The notes under the pieces are model-generated. The model had not been told where the DNA came from and ran no database searches. It saw only the letters and a list, made by a program, of their open reading frames with translations. Below are positions 10,375 through 18,804 of a DNA stretch of 64,000 nucleotides, in pieces. The translations under genes and the position numbers were made by a program. The stretch's first letter is position 1; each line of letters starts with the position of its first letter. The stretch is taken from assembly GCA_946624925.1 (NCBI GenBank), contig CAMOSO010000072.1, positions 84,896-148,895 of the forward strand, written 5' to 3'. This stretch comes from an uncultured Bacteroidales bacterium. GTDB taxonomy: Bacteria > Bacteroidota > Bacteroidia > Bacteroidales > UBA3824.

Positions 10375-11507
10375 AACTCTTGGTCGATGATTTTTCGTAA
10401 ATCTTCCTCCGACGGCAACACTCGGCGAACATCTTCGGCGGTTTTGTAAGTGGCAACACCCATTGGATTGTCGTAGCCTTGAATCAAAAATTCGACAAAA
10501 CTCTTGTCGGCACGTTTGCAAAGAATAATGCCGATAGTAGGATTCTCAAACGGCTTTTTGATTTCCGAATCAATAATCCTTAAATATGCACTAAGTTGAC
10601 CGAGATATGCAGGTTTGAAGTCGCCTTTTTTGAGTTCCACCACAACCAAAGCTGCCAATTCACGATTGTAAAACAAAAGGTCGGGGTAATTGTCGTGTCC
10701 GAACTTTTCCAAATGATATTGGTTGCCAACAAATGTAAAATCGTGTCCGAAAGTCATTATAAAATTCTTGACATTATGTATAATCTCTTTTTCAACAACC
10801 CTTTCGTCAATATCTTCACGGTCTCTTTCGCCCAATTCTTCCACATTGATAAAATCCAAAAGATACTCATCTTTAAACATTTCAATAGCCTTCAACGCCT
10901 TTTTTGCATCGGGCATCGACTTTGAGAAATTGTTTGGCAGAATTTCCTGTTTGTGAAATAAATCGGCTTTGAGCATTTCGCGAAGTTTATACTTGTCCCA
11001 TTTGTTTTGGAAAGCCTGATGAATGTAGAAAATACGCTCATAATATTCTTCGGTTTTATTGAGGATTTCAATATGATGAGTAAAACTAATTGACAAAAAT
11101 TCTTGTGCATTAAAATCGATAGTATTTGGCAATCTAAATGCAGTAGTTAACGAATCGATTTTTATATCTTCGTTATTATCAGATAGTTGCGAATCGGTCG
11201 CCAATGGCGACCGATTTACGATAAACGACCATTGTTCATAGAACCTCCGCATTTTTTTAATGCTTTCGCAAGAAAAACCACGAAGTCCTGGCAGTTCTTT
11301 TTGAAGTTGTTGGCTTATATTTACAATTGCCCCTGTACCCCAAAAACCATTGCGTGAGTTTTTGGAAATATACTTACCAATGCCGAAATACAACGATAGT
11401 TGCTCGGCATTAACGGTTTTTGCTGCTTTGTATTGGCTCTGCAAAATGGCTGTCTTAATTGTCTTAACAGCACTCATCAAATCAGTAGTAATTTCGCTCA
11501 TAGTCAA
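10371..11507 (-). CDS. YhcG/DUF1016 PD-(D/E)XK nuclease-domain protein
   Basis: LYFGIGKYI, WG...LQKELPGLRGFS...KKMRRFY, FKDEYLLDF, FVGNQY, PDLLFYNR, VVVELK, IGIILC. Confidence 0.92.
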   Translation of the reverse strand: MTMSEITTDLMSAVKTIKTAILQSQYKAAKTVNAEQLSLYFGIGKYISKNSRNGFWGTGAIVNISQQLQKELPGLRGFSCESIKKMRRFYEQWSFIVNRSPLATDSQLSDNNEDIKIDSLTTAFRLPNTIDFNAQEFLSISFTHHIEILNKTEEYYERIFYIHQAFQNKWDKYKLREMLKADLFHKQEILPNNFSKSMPDAKKALKAIEMFKDEYLLDFINVEELGERDREDIDERVVEKEIIHNVKNFIMTFGHDFTFVGNQYHLEKFGHDNYPDLLFYNRELAALVVVELKKGDFKPAYLGQLSAYLRIIDSEIKKPFENPTIGIILCKRADKSFVEFLIQGYDNPMGVATYKTAEDVRRVLPSEEDLRKIIDQEF

Positions 11508-11640
11508 TAACGATTAATGTTACTTTCCGCCACAAATATAGTCAATTTTTTTTATAATGCAAAATCAAGAATGTGTAGAAAATCATTTTGCAATTCTGAT
11601 TTTTTTTGTAACTTTACCGAGAATAAAAACCCTGATTGTG

Positions 11641-13134
11641 ATGGCAAGACAATTTAATACAGAGGTAACCTGCGACCCGAAACGGCACTATATGGTGGAC
11701 ACCACCAACAAGATGAAAGTTTTTGAACGTCTCATCAACTTTGGCAAATATTTCACCATCAACCGTGCGCGGCAGTTTGGCAAGTCAACGTCGTTGAAAT
11801 GGATTTACAACCACCTCAACGGCGAATACATGGTTGTAGTAATTGACTTTAACAATCTAAACGAAAATGACTGTATATCGGATACTGCATTTTGCAAAGC
11901 ATTAGGACGTTTAATTGATGACAATATAAATGATAATTTATTTGCCAATATTGATTCTTTTCATTCACTTGATGAAGCGACAAGAAAACTCTGTGAAAAT
12001 AGTTCCAAACCAGTAGTATTAATCATTGATAACGCCGATAGGTTTATCATTCCGCAATTAGCGGATTTATTGAGTCATTTTAGGGCTGAATATATCGAAA
12101 GGAATAGTTTTGAACGAACGTCAATTTTTCATAGCGTAATTCTTGTAAGCGTTAAAGATATTACAAATTTACCGTTAATAATTGAGGAGCGAAAGTACAA
12201 TTCGCCGTGGAACGTTGCCGCCGATTACAAACTTGATATGACTTTCAACCCTCAGGAAATCAGCACAATGCTTGCCGATTACGAGAATGAAAACCATATA
12301 GGTTTTGACATCAATGAAATTTCTCAGGAGATTTACAAATATACTTCGGGGTATCCTGTTTTGGTAAGTGGGGTATGCAAAGAGATTGACGAGAATTTAG
12401 ACAGAGATTGGACAAAGAACGGCGTGCAAGAAGCCGCAAAAAACATCATCGCCAAAAAGACAAATCTGTCAGAAAGTATGATTAACAACCTTGCCAAATA
12501 TCCTAAGTTAAAGGCATTTATCAGGGCTGTGTTGATGGAGAATTATTCGATTCCGCTTGATGTCAACAATCCGACGATGAAATTTGCCAATATGTTTCCC
12601 ATTATCAAGGCCAACAAAGATGGCAGGGTTGAAATTCACAACTTGATTTTTCAACAGATTCTCATCAACCATTTCGTTTCGGAAAGCAACCTCAATATGC
12701 TCTCGCCCGACTCGGGTATGAGGCTCTATCTCACCAAACAAGGCGACTTGAATATGCCGCTAATTATAAACCGTTTCAAAGACTTGATGAGCAAAAAGAC
12801 CGACAAGGCGGAGTTTCTCGAACGCGAAGGACGCTTTATGTTCATCTGTTTCCTGAAACCGATTATCAACGGCACGGGATTCTATTACTCCGAACCCGAA
12901 AACGACGACGGCAGCCGTATGGATTTAGTAATCACCTACAACCGCAAAGAATACGTCATTGAACTAAAAATTTGGCACGGCACAGAATACGAGATTTCGG
13001 GTCGCGACCAACTTTCCGAATACCTCGAAACCCGCAACCTCGCCGAAGGCTACCTTGTAACGTTCTCATTCTTAAAGGGAAAGACCGCCCAAGCCAAGCC
13101 CGAATGGATTGACCACAACGGCAAAAAGATTTAA
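11641..13134 (+). CDS. AAA-ATPase-like protein with C-terminal PD-(D/E)XK nuclease; probably C-terminally truncated
   Basis: FNT..C.P..HYMVD, RARQFGKST, YTSGYPVLVS, RMDLVI...VIELKIWHG. The frame continues past TAA as EAVVDCGKE* to 13164. Confidence 0.85.
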   Translation: MARQFNTEVTCDPKRHYMVDTTNKMKVFERLINFGKYFTINRARQFGKSTSLKWIYNHLNGEYMVVVIDFNNLNENDCISDTAFCKALGRLIDDNINDNLFANIDSFHSLDEATRKLCENSSKPVVLIIDNADRFIIPQLADLLSHFRAEYIERNSFERTSIFHSVILVSVKDITNLPLIIEERKYNSPWNVAADYKLDMTFNPQEISTMLADYENENHIGFDINEISQEIYKYTSGYPVLVSGVCKEIDENLDRDWTKNGVQEAAKNIIAKKTNLSESMINNLAKYPKLKAFIRAVLMENYSIPLDVNNPTMKFANMFPIIKANKDGRVEIHNLIFQQILINHFVSESNLNMLSPDSGMRLYLTKQGDLNMPLIINRFKDLMSKKTDKAEFLEREGRFMFICFLKPIINGTGFYYSEPENDDGSRMDLVITYNRKEYVIELKIWHGTEYEISGRDQLSEYLETRNLAEGYLVTFSFLKGKTAQAKPEWIDHNGKKI

Positions 13135-13169
13135 GAGGCGGTGGTTGACTGCGGAAAGGAATAAGTCAT

Positions 13170-13229
13170 TCCGTACAACTTTTCGCTCCAAAAGTGAAAC
13201 TATTTTCTGAAAAATATTGATTATATTTG
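13170..13229 (+). promoter_or_regulatory. Degenerate copy of the direct-repeat operator plus -7 box TATATTTG
   Basis: TTTCGCTCC-AAAAGTGAAACTA core; -7 box 31 bp after the second repeat, as in the other two copies. Confidence 0.55.
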
Positions 13230-13263
13230 CAGCAAAATAGTTGAATTTCAAAACTAAATATCT

Positions 13264-14322
13264 ATGAAAAAAATTTTAACCATACTTGCGTTTTTGTGCA
13301 TTTCGCTTGTGGCGTGCGGCGACAAGGATGACGATACTAAACCCGCTGAAAATCAAGAGGAAAACCAAAAGGATAATCCTCAAAATAATGACAATCCTCA
13401 AAATGCCGAAAACCCTGAAAATCAGAACACTGAACCTAATGCCGCAAATGGCAAGACGCTTTTGGTATATTACAGTTATACCGGCAACGTCAAGAGCATT
13501 GCCAACGAGTTTTTGAAAACCGTTGACGCAGATGTTTTGGAGGTGCTTCCGGCGCAGGAAGGTCTTAAATATGAGGCAGATAACTACGCCATCGGCAGCG
13601 CATTAATCAAAGCCATCCGCGACAATCCCGACAAGGCTGAAAGTTACCCCGAAATCAAGTCTTACAAGATTGATTTAGAGCAATATAGCAACATTGTAAT
13701 AGCCACTCCGCTGTGGTGGAGCAATATGGCGGCACCCATGCAGACGTTTTTGTTTCAAGAGGGTAACAAACTCACCAACAAGAACATAATGCTGATTGTA
13801 TCGAGTGCAAGTAGCGGCATTTCGTCGGTGATTGACGATGCCAAACGTCTTGTTAACAAGAAAAACCTCACAGGCGAGGCTCTTTGGATAAACAACAGCA
13901 ATCGCTCCGAAATGTCCACATTGCTGACACAATGGATTGAAAATCAAAAATTTGCATCAAAAATGACACAAAAACTCATCATCAACGTTTCGGGCAAGAG
14001 TCTCGAAGCCGATTTTGCCGACAATAGTAGCGCAAAAGCCCTTGCCGAAGCCCTCAAACAATCGCCAATTACCTACAAGGCAGATGATTACGGCGGATTT
14101 GAAAAGGTGGGCGACCTTGGTCAGTCGTTCCCTCAAAACAACGAGCAAATCTCCACCTCGGCGGGCGACATCATTCTCTATCAGGGACATAACCTCTGCA
14201 TCTATTACGGCGAAAATTCTTGGAACTTTACCCGAATCGCCAAAATACCAAATATCAGCAAAGAAGAATTATTGAAATTCCTCGGCGATGGGGAAATCGA
14301 AATTAAATTGGAAGTGAAATAA
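13264..14322 (+). CDS. Lipoprotein: flavodoxin domain fused to a cyclophilin-like-fold domain
   Basis: LVAC lipobox, N/Q/P-rich linker, YYSYTGN, ATPLWW; C-terminal DNSSAKAL...YGGFEKVG...GDIILYQG..LCIYYG.NSWNFTRI. Confidence 0.8.
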   Translation: MKKILTILAFLCISLVACGDKDDDTKPAENQEENQKDNPQNNDNPQNAENPENQNTEPNAANGKTLLVYYSYTGNVKSIANEFLKTVDADVLEVLPAQEGLKYEADNYAIGSALIKAIRDNPDKAESYPEIKSYKIDLEQYSNIVIATPLWWSNMAAPMQTFLFQEGNKLTNKNIMLIVSSASSGISSVIDDAKRLVNKKNLTGEALWINNSNRSEMSTLLTQWIENQKFASKMTQKLIINVSGKSLEADFADNSSAKALAEALKQSPITYKADDYGGFEKVGDLGQSFPQNNEQISTSAGDIILYQGHNLCIYYGENSWNFTRIAKIPNISKEELLKFLGDGEIEIKLEVK

Positions 14323-14424
14323 AAAACTGCAATCCTCCATTTTTTTTAATGTAATCTTCCACCGCAAAAAAATGCGGAAGTAATGATTTTGTGTCGAATT
14401 TTGCAGCGTAAAAAATGTTGCAAA

Positions 14425-15129
14425 ATGGAAGACTTCATCAAACAATTGAACGAAAAATTTTCTTCGGCTTCTGCCGAGGAAGTTTTAAAATATTTCCTTG
14501 CCGAATACAAGGGTGAAATCGGATTGTCGTCGTCGCTGAGTTACGAAGACCAAGTGCTCACGCATATCATTTGCGGCATCGACAAAACCGCCAAGATTTT
14601 CACCCTTGACACAGGCAGATTTTTCCCCGAAACGTATTCCCTAATCGACAACACCAATATGCGTTACGGCATCAAAATTCAGGTCTATTTCCCTGATTAT
14701 AATGCCGTTGAAAAGATGGTGGGCGAACACGGAGTAAATCTTTTTTACGAATCTGTGCAACTCCGCCACCTATGCTGCAATGTGCGCAAAATCGAACCTC
14801 TAAAACGTGCTTTGAAAGGTCTCAAAGTATGGGTAACGGGATTGCGCCGCAGTCAGTCGGTGACGCGCAAAAATATGCAACTTGTTGAGTACGACCAAGA
14901 TGACGACATCATCAAACTCAACCCCCTGATTAATTGGAGCGAGGACGACGTAAAGCGTTTTGTAAAAGCCAACAACGTCCCTTACAACCGTCTCCACGAC
15001 AAAGGTTTCCCTTCGATTGGCTGTCAGCCCTGCACCCGCGCCGTCAAAGAAGGCGAAGACATCCGCTCCGGCCGTTGGTGGTGGGAAAATCCCGAGCATC
15101 GGGAGTGCGGATTGCATCAGAGGAATTGA
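14425..15129 (+). CDS. cysH: APS/PAPS reductase (4Fe-4S type)
   Basis: LDTGRFFPETY, CCNVRKIEPL, WVTGLRR, SIGCQPCT, GRWWWE, ECGLH. Confidence 0.92.
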   Translation: MEDFIKQLNEKFSSASAEEVLKYFLAEYKGEIGLSSSLSYEDQVLTHIICGIDKTAKIFTLDTGRFFPETYSLIDNTNMRYGIKIQVYFPDYNAVEKMVGEHGVNLFYESVQLRHLCCNVRKIEPLKRALKGLKVWVTGLRRSQSVTRKNMQLVEYDQDDDIIKLNPLINWSEDDVKRFVKANNVPYNRLHDKGFPSIGCQPCTRAVKEGEDIRSGRWWWENPEHRECGLHQRN

Positions 15130-15193
15130 CAATTCACAATTCACAATTCATAATTCACAATTCATAATTCGTAATTAATAATTCAAAATTATA
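15124..15193 (+). repeat. Ten tandem heptamers (AATTCAY consensus)
   Basis: aattgac aattcac aattcac aattcat aattcac aattcat aattcgt aattaat aattcaa aattata fill the cysH-pstS gap. Confidence 0.9.
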
Positions 15194-15196
15194 AAA

Positions 15197-16159
15197 ATGA
15201 AAAAATCATTGATTATTGCCGCATTGTTTCTTACGGCGTGCGGCGGTGGAACGGTGAAAAACTACGTTTCCGAAGATGGCAAACTCCACGGCGAATTGTC
15301 GCTTTCAGGTGCGTTTGCGCTCTATCCGTTGGCTGTGGAATGGGCCGACGAATTTAAGAAAAACAACCCCGACGTCAAAGTCGATGTTTCGGCTGGCGGC
15401 GCGGGCAAGGGCATGACCGACGTTTTGGCTGGGATGGTCGATTTTGGAATGGTTTCGCGCGAGGTCTATCCTCCCGAAATCGAGAAAGGAGCGGTAGGTT
15501 TCCCATCGGCAAAGGATGCCGTTGTGCCTACCATCAATGCTAAAAATCCTGCCCTGCAAGCCATTCTCGCTAAGGGACTTACCAAAGAAGTTGCCAAGAA
15601 AATTTGGATTGATGGCAGCGTGAAAACTTGGGGCGAAGTGCTTGGCACCGACGATGCAACCCCAATCCACATCTACACACGTAGCGACGCTTGCGGTGCT
15701 GCCGAAACTTTTGCAAAATGGTTTGGCTCTAAGCAAGAGGAACTTACCGGAACAGCTGTTTTTGGCGACCCGGGACTTGCCGAAGCCATCCAAAAGGACA
15801 TTTACGGCATTGGTTTCAACAATATTGGTTACGCCTACAACAATGATACTCACAAACTTAACGACGGTTTGGAGATATTCCCTGTGGATGCCAACGAGGA
15901 CGGCACAATCACCGACGATGAAAAGTTTTATGACACCAAGGAATCGATTACCAAGGCGATTGCCGATGGCAAATATCCTTCGCCTCCCGCCCGCGACCTC
16001 TACCTCGTTACCAAAGGCGTGCCCACCGACCCGGTAGTTAAGGCGTTTTTGCAGTACGTCCTCACCGACGGTCAAAAGAAAAACGATCCCGTTGGCTACA
16101 TCAAAATTTCACAAGACAAACTCGACAAGGCTTTGAAAACATTGGCTGAGGGCAAATGA
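15197..16159 (+). CDS. pstS: Phosphate ABC transporter substrate-binding lipoprotein
   Basis: LTAC lipobox, SGAFALYP, GGAGKG, GMVSR, TRSDACG; first gene of the pst operon. Confidence 0.88.
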   Translation: MKKSLIIAALFLTACGGGTVKNYVSEDGKLHGELSLSGAFALYPLAVEWADEFKKNNPDVKVDVSAGGAGKGMTDVLAGMVDFGMVSREVYPPEIEKGAVGFPSAKDAVVPTINAKNPALQAILAKGLTKEVAKKIWIDGSVKTWGEVLGTDDATPIHIYTRSDACGAAETFAKWFGSKQEELTGTAVFGDPGLAEAIQKDIYGIGFNNIGYAYNNDTHKLNDGLEIFPVDANEDGTITDDEKFYDTKESITKAIADGKYPSPPARDLYLVTKGVPTDPVVKAFLQYVLTDGQKKNDPVGYIKISQDKLDKALKTLAEGK

Positions 16160-17046
16160 ACAAACTAAGAATCATAAAAGACCAAACGGCAAACGGGATT
16201 ATGATGGCAGTCACCATAATCTCGATTGCCTTTGTGTTTGTAATGGCTATCGGTCTGTATATCAAGTCGATACCAATATTAGAAGAACACTCGCTTTGGG
16301 GATTGCTCACCGATTCGTCGTGGCAGCCGTTCAAAAATCATTTTGGATTTCTGCCATTCATAATGGGCACGATTTGGGTAACATTGTTGGCTATTCTGAT
16401 TGCCTTGCCGCTGTCGTTGATGACGGCGATTTTCCTGACCGAATACGCCAAAAAACGTGTCAAAAAATTCGTTTTTCCCGCCTTGGACATCTTGGCGTCG
16501 CTGCCGAGCGTGATTTTTGGCGTTTGGGGCACGATAGTGATTGTGCCGCTAATTTCAGACAATATCGCGCCAGTTTTATCGGGCGAATTTTCAACGGGTT
16601 ACACCGTCTTGGCGGCGGGCATCGTGCTGAGCTTGATGCTTGTGCCGATATTGGTGAGTCTGTTTGTGGAATTGTTTTCCACAGTACCCGACGACCTCCG
16701 CGCCGCCGCATATTCGTTAGGCGCAACACGTTGGCAGACTGCCAAAAATGTGGTTCTTAAAAAATCATTGTCGGGTATTTTTGCATCCGTTGTGCTTGCA
16801 ATATCAAAGGCATTGGGCGAAACAATTGCCGTTTTGATGGTCTGCGGTTGCCTCCCCGAAGTGCCTAAGACGCTTTTGGACGCTTGTTACCCATTACCCG
16901 CCCTTATCGCCAACAATTACGGCGAAATGCTCTCCCTGCCGCTCTACGAATCGGCGTTGATGTTTGCCGCGCTGTTGCTGTTGGTAGTGGTGATAATATT
17001 CAATTTGGCATCAAGGCTGATATTGAGGAAGATTGAAAAAAGATAA
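16156..17046 (+). CDS. pstC: Phosphate ABC transporter permease
   Basis: LASLPSVIFGVWG, AAYSLGATRWQ, ALGETIAVLMV. Confidence 0.93.
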   Translation: MNKLRIIKDQTANGIMMAVTIISIAFVFVMAIGLYIKSIPILEEHSLWGLLTDSSWQPFKNHFGFLPFIMGTIWVTLLAILIALPLSLMTAIFLTEYAKKRVKKFVFPALDILASLPSVIFGVWGTIVIVPLISDNIAPVLSGEFSTGYTVLAAGIVLSLMLVPILVSLFVELFSTVPDDLRAAAYSLGATRWQTAKNVVLKKSLSGIFASVVLAISKALGETIAVLMVCGCLPEVPKTLLDACYPLPALIANNYGEMLSLPLYESALMFAALLLLVVVIIFNLASRLILRKIEKR

Positions 17047-17049
17047 ATT

Positions 17050-17898
17050 ATGAAACCAAGCATTATTTTTGAAAAAATCGCCAAGGGCTTTATGGTGGCG
17101 TCCGTCGCAGTTGTTTTTGTGATGGTGGCGAGCATTATATATACGATTTTCAAACGCGGATTCGGCTGCATAACGTGGGAGATGGTGTCGTCGCTGCCAA
17201 AAGGCGGATTCTATATCGGCGGCGAGGGCGGATTCCTGAACGCTACCGTCGGGTCGCTGTATATTGTTGTGTCATCGACGGTAATAGGCTTGATAATCAG
17301 CATCCCAATCGTGTTTTACCTCAATGTTTTTAAATCGCAAAAATCTCGACTCGCATATTGGACGAGGTTGGCATTCGACGTGTTATATGGCATACCGTCA
17401 ATAGTTTACGGTGCGTTTGCATTTTCATTAATGATATATTTGGGAATCAGGACATCGCTTTTGGGTGGCATTATTGTAATTACATTGTTGATAATACCGA
17501 TTTTGATGCGCTCGATGGACGAGGTGGCAAAGAATTTTCCGCGCGATTTGTTGGAGGCATCGTATTCGCTCGGAGCCACAAGATTGGAAACTATCGGCGT
17601 GGTTCTCAGACAGATAGCACCCGGAATTGCAACGGCAACATTGCTTTCGGTTGGTCGTGCAATTGGCGATGCGGCGGGCGTGATGTTCACGGCAGGTTTT
17701 TCGGATTCGATACCCACAACGCTTTCGCAACCGGCTGCAACATTGCCGCTTAGCATATTTTTTCAACTGAGCGCACCACAAGCCGAGGTTCAAAACAGAG
17801 CCTACGCCGCCGCGCTTGTTCTTACAATCATTGTGTTGATAATCAGTCTTTTGGGACGCTTTATCACAAACCGTTTTTCAAAACATAAACTCAATTAA
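17050..17898 (+). CDS. pstA: Phosphate ABC transporter permease
   Basis: GIPSIVYG, EASYSLGATRLE, RAIGDAA. Confidence 0.9.
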   Translation: MKPSIIFEKIAKGFMVASVAVVFVMVASIIYTIFKRGFGCITWEMVSSLPKGGFYIGGEGGFLNATVGSLYIVVSSTVIGLIISIPIVFYLNVFKSQKSRLAYWTRLAFDVLYGIPSIVYGAFAFSLMIYLGIRTSLLGGIIVITLLIIPILMRSMDEVAKNFPRDLLEASYSLGATRLETIGVVLRQIAPGIATATLLSVGRAIGDAAGVMFTAGFSDSIPTTLSQPAATLPLSIFFQLSAPQAEVQNRAYAAALVLTIIVLIISLLGRFITNRFSKHKLN

Positions 17899-17900
17899 AA

Positions 17901-18749
17901 ATGTGGTTCAAAAATCTATTTTTGCGCAAATTTTTGGCGAGCGACAGCAACGAGGCTTTCGTTCCCGATGCCAAATTTCAACACCCCGAAACTGCGTCGG
18001 AAATCAAGGTTGAAAACTTCAATCTTTGGATTGATAAAGCGCACATACTCAAAGATATAAACGTAACAATCCCGCCCAACAAAATCACCTGTATAATTGG
18101 TCCGTCGGGTTGTGGAAAATCGACTCTCCTCAAATCTTTCAACCGCTTGAACGATTCAATCGAGGGCATCAAAACCTCTGGCTCGATACGTCTTGGCAAT
18201 GAGGACATTGTAAATTGTTCAGCATCCGACCTTGTGGAACTACGCCGCAAAATTGGTCTTGTGCCTCAACGTCCAACACCGCTACCTATGTCGATAATGA
18301 ACAACGTTGGATATGGTTGTAAAATTCACGGTATCAAAAAAATACGACAACTCCGCCGTATCGTCCGTCATTACTTGAAAGTAGTTGGACTTTGGGACGA
18401 AGTGAAAGACCGTCTGCGCTCGCCCGCCGTGCGACTTTCCATCGGTCAGCAACAGCGACTTTGTCTTGCCCGCAGCCTTGCCGTTGAGCCAGAATTTATC
18501 CTCGCCGACGAAGCCACATCTGCCCTCGACCCCGTTTCGAGCCGCACAGTGGAAGATTTGTTCGTGAAACTCAAAGAGCAATATTCAATCATAATGGTAA
18601 CTCACACCCTGAGACAGGCAATGCGCATTGCCGACTATGTGATTTTCATCTATTTAGGCGAAATAATTGAGTGTGGCGACGCAAAAGAGGTTTTCAACAA
18701 TCCCCAAAATGAACTTACCAAAAAGTATTTGCAAGGGGCGTTTAGTTGA
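17901..18749 (+). CDS. pstB: Phosphate ABC transporter ATP-binding protein
   Basis: GPSGCGKST..FNRLND, LSIGQQQRLCLAR, DEATSALDP, MVTH. Confidence 0.93.
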   Translation: MWFKNLFLRKFLASDSNEAFVPDAKFQHPETASEIKVENFNLWIDKAHILKDINVTIPPNKITCIIGPSGCGKSTLLKSFNRLNDSIEGIKTSGSIRLGNEDIVNCSASDLVELRRKIGLVPQRPTPLPMSIMNNVGYGCKIHGIKKIRQLRRIVRHYLKVVGLWDEVKDRLRSPAVRLSIGQQQRLCLARSLAVEPEFILADEATSALDPVSSRTVEDLFVKLKEQYSIIMVTHTLRQAMRIADYVIFIYLGEIIECGDAKEVFNNPQNELTKKYLQGAFS

Positions 18750-18804
18750 TTGGTATCATTTTTGCAACATATCAAAACGTCAAACTTTATAATGACAATA
18801 CGAT

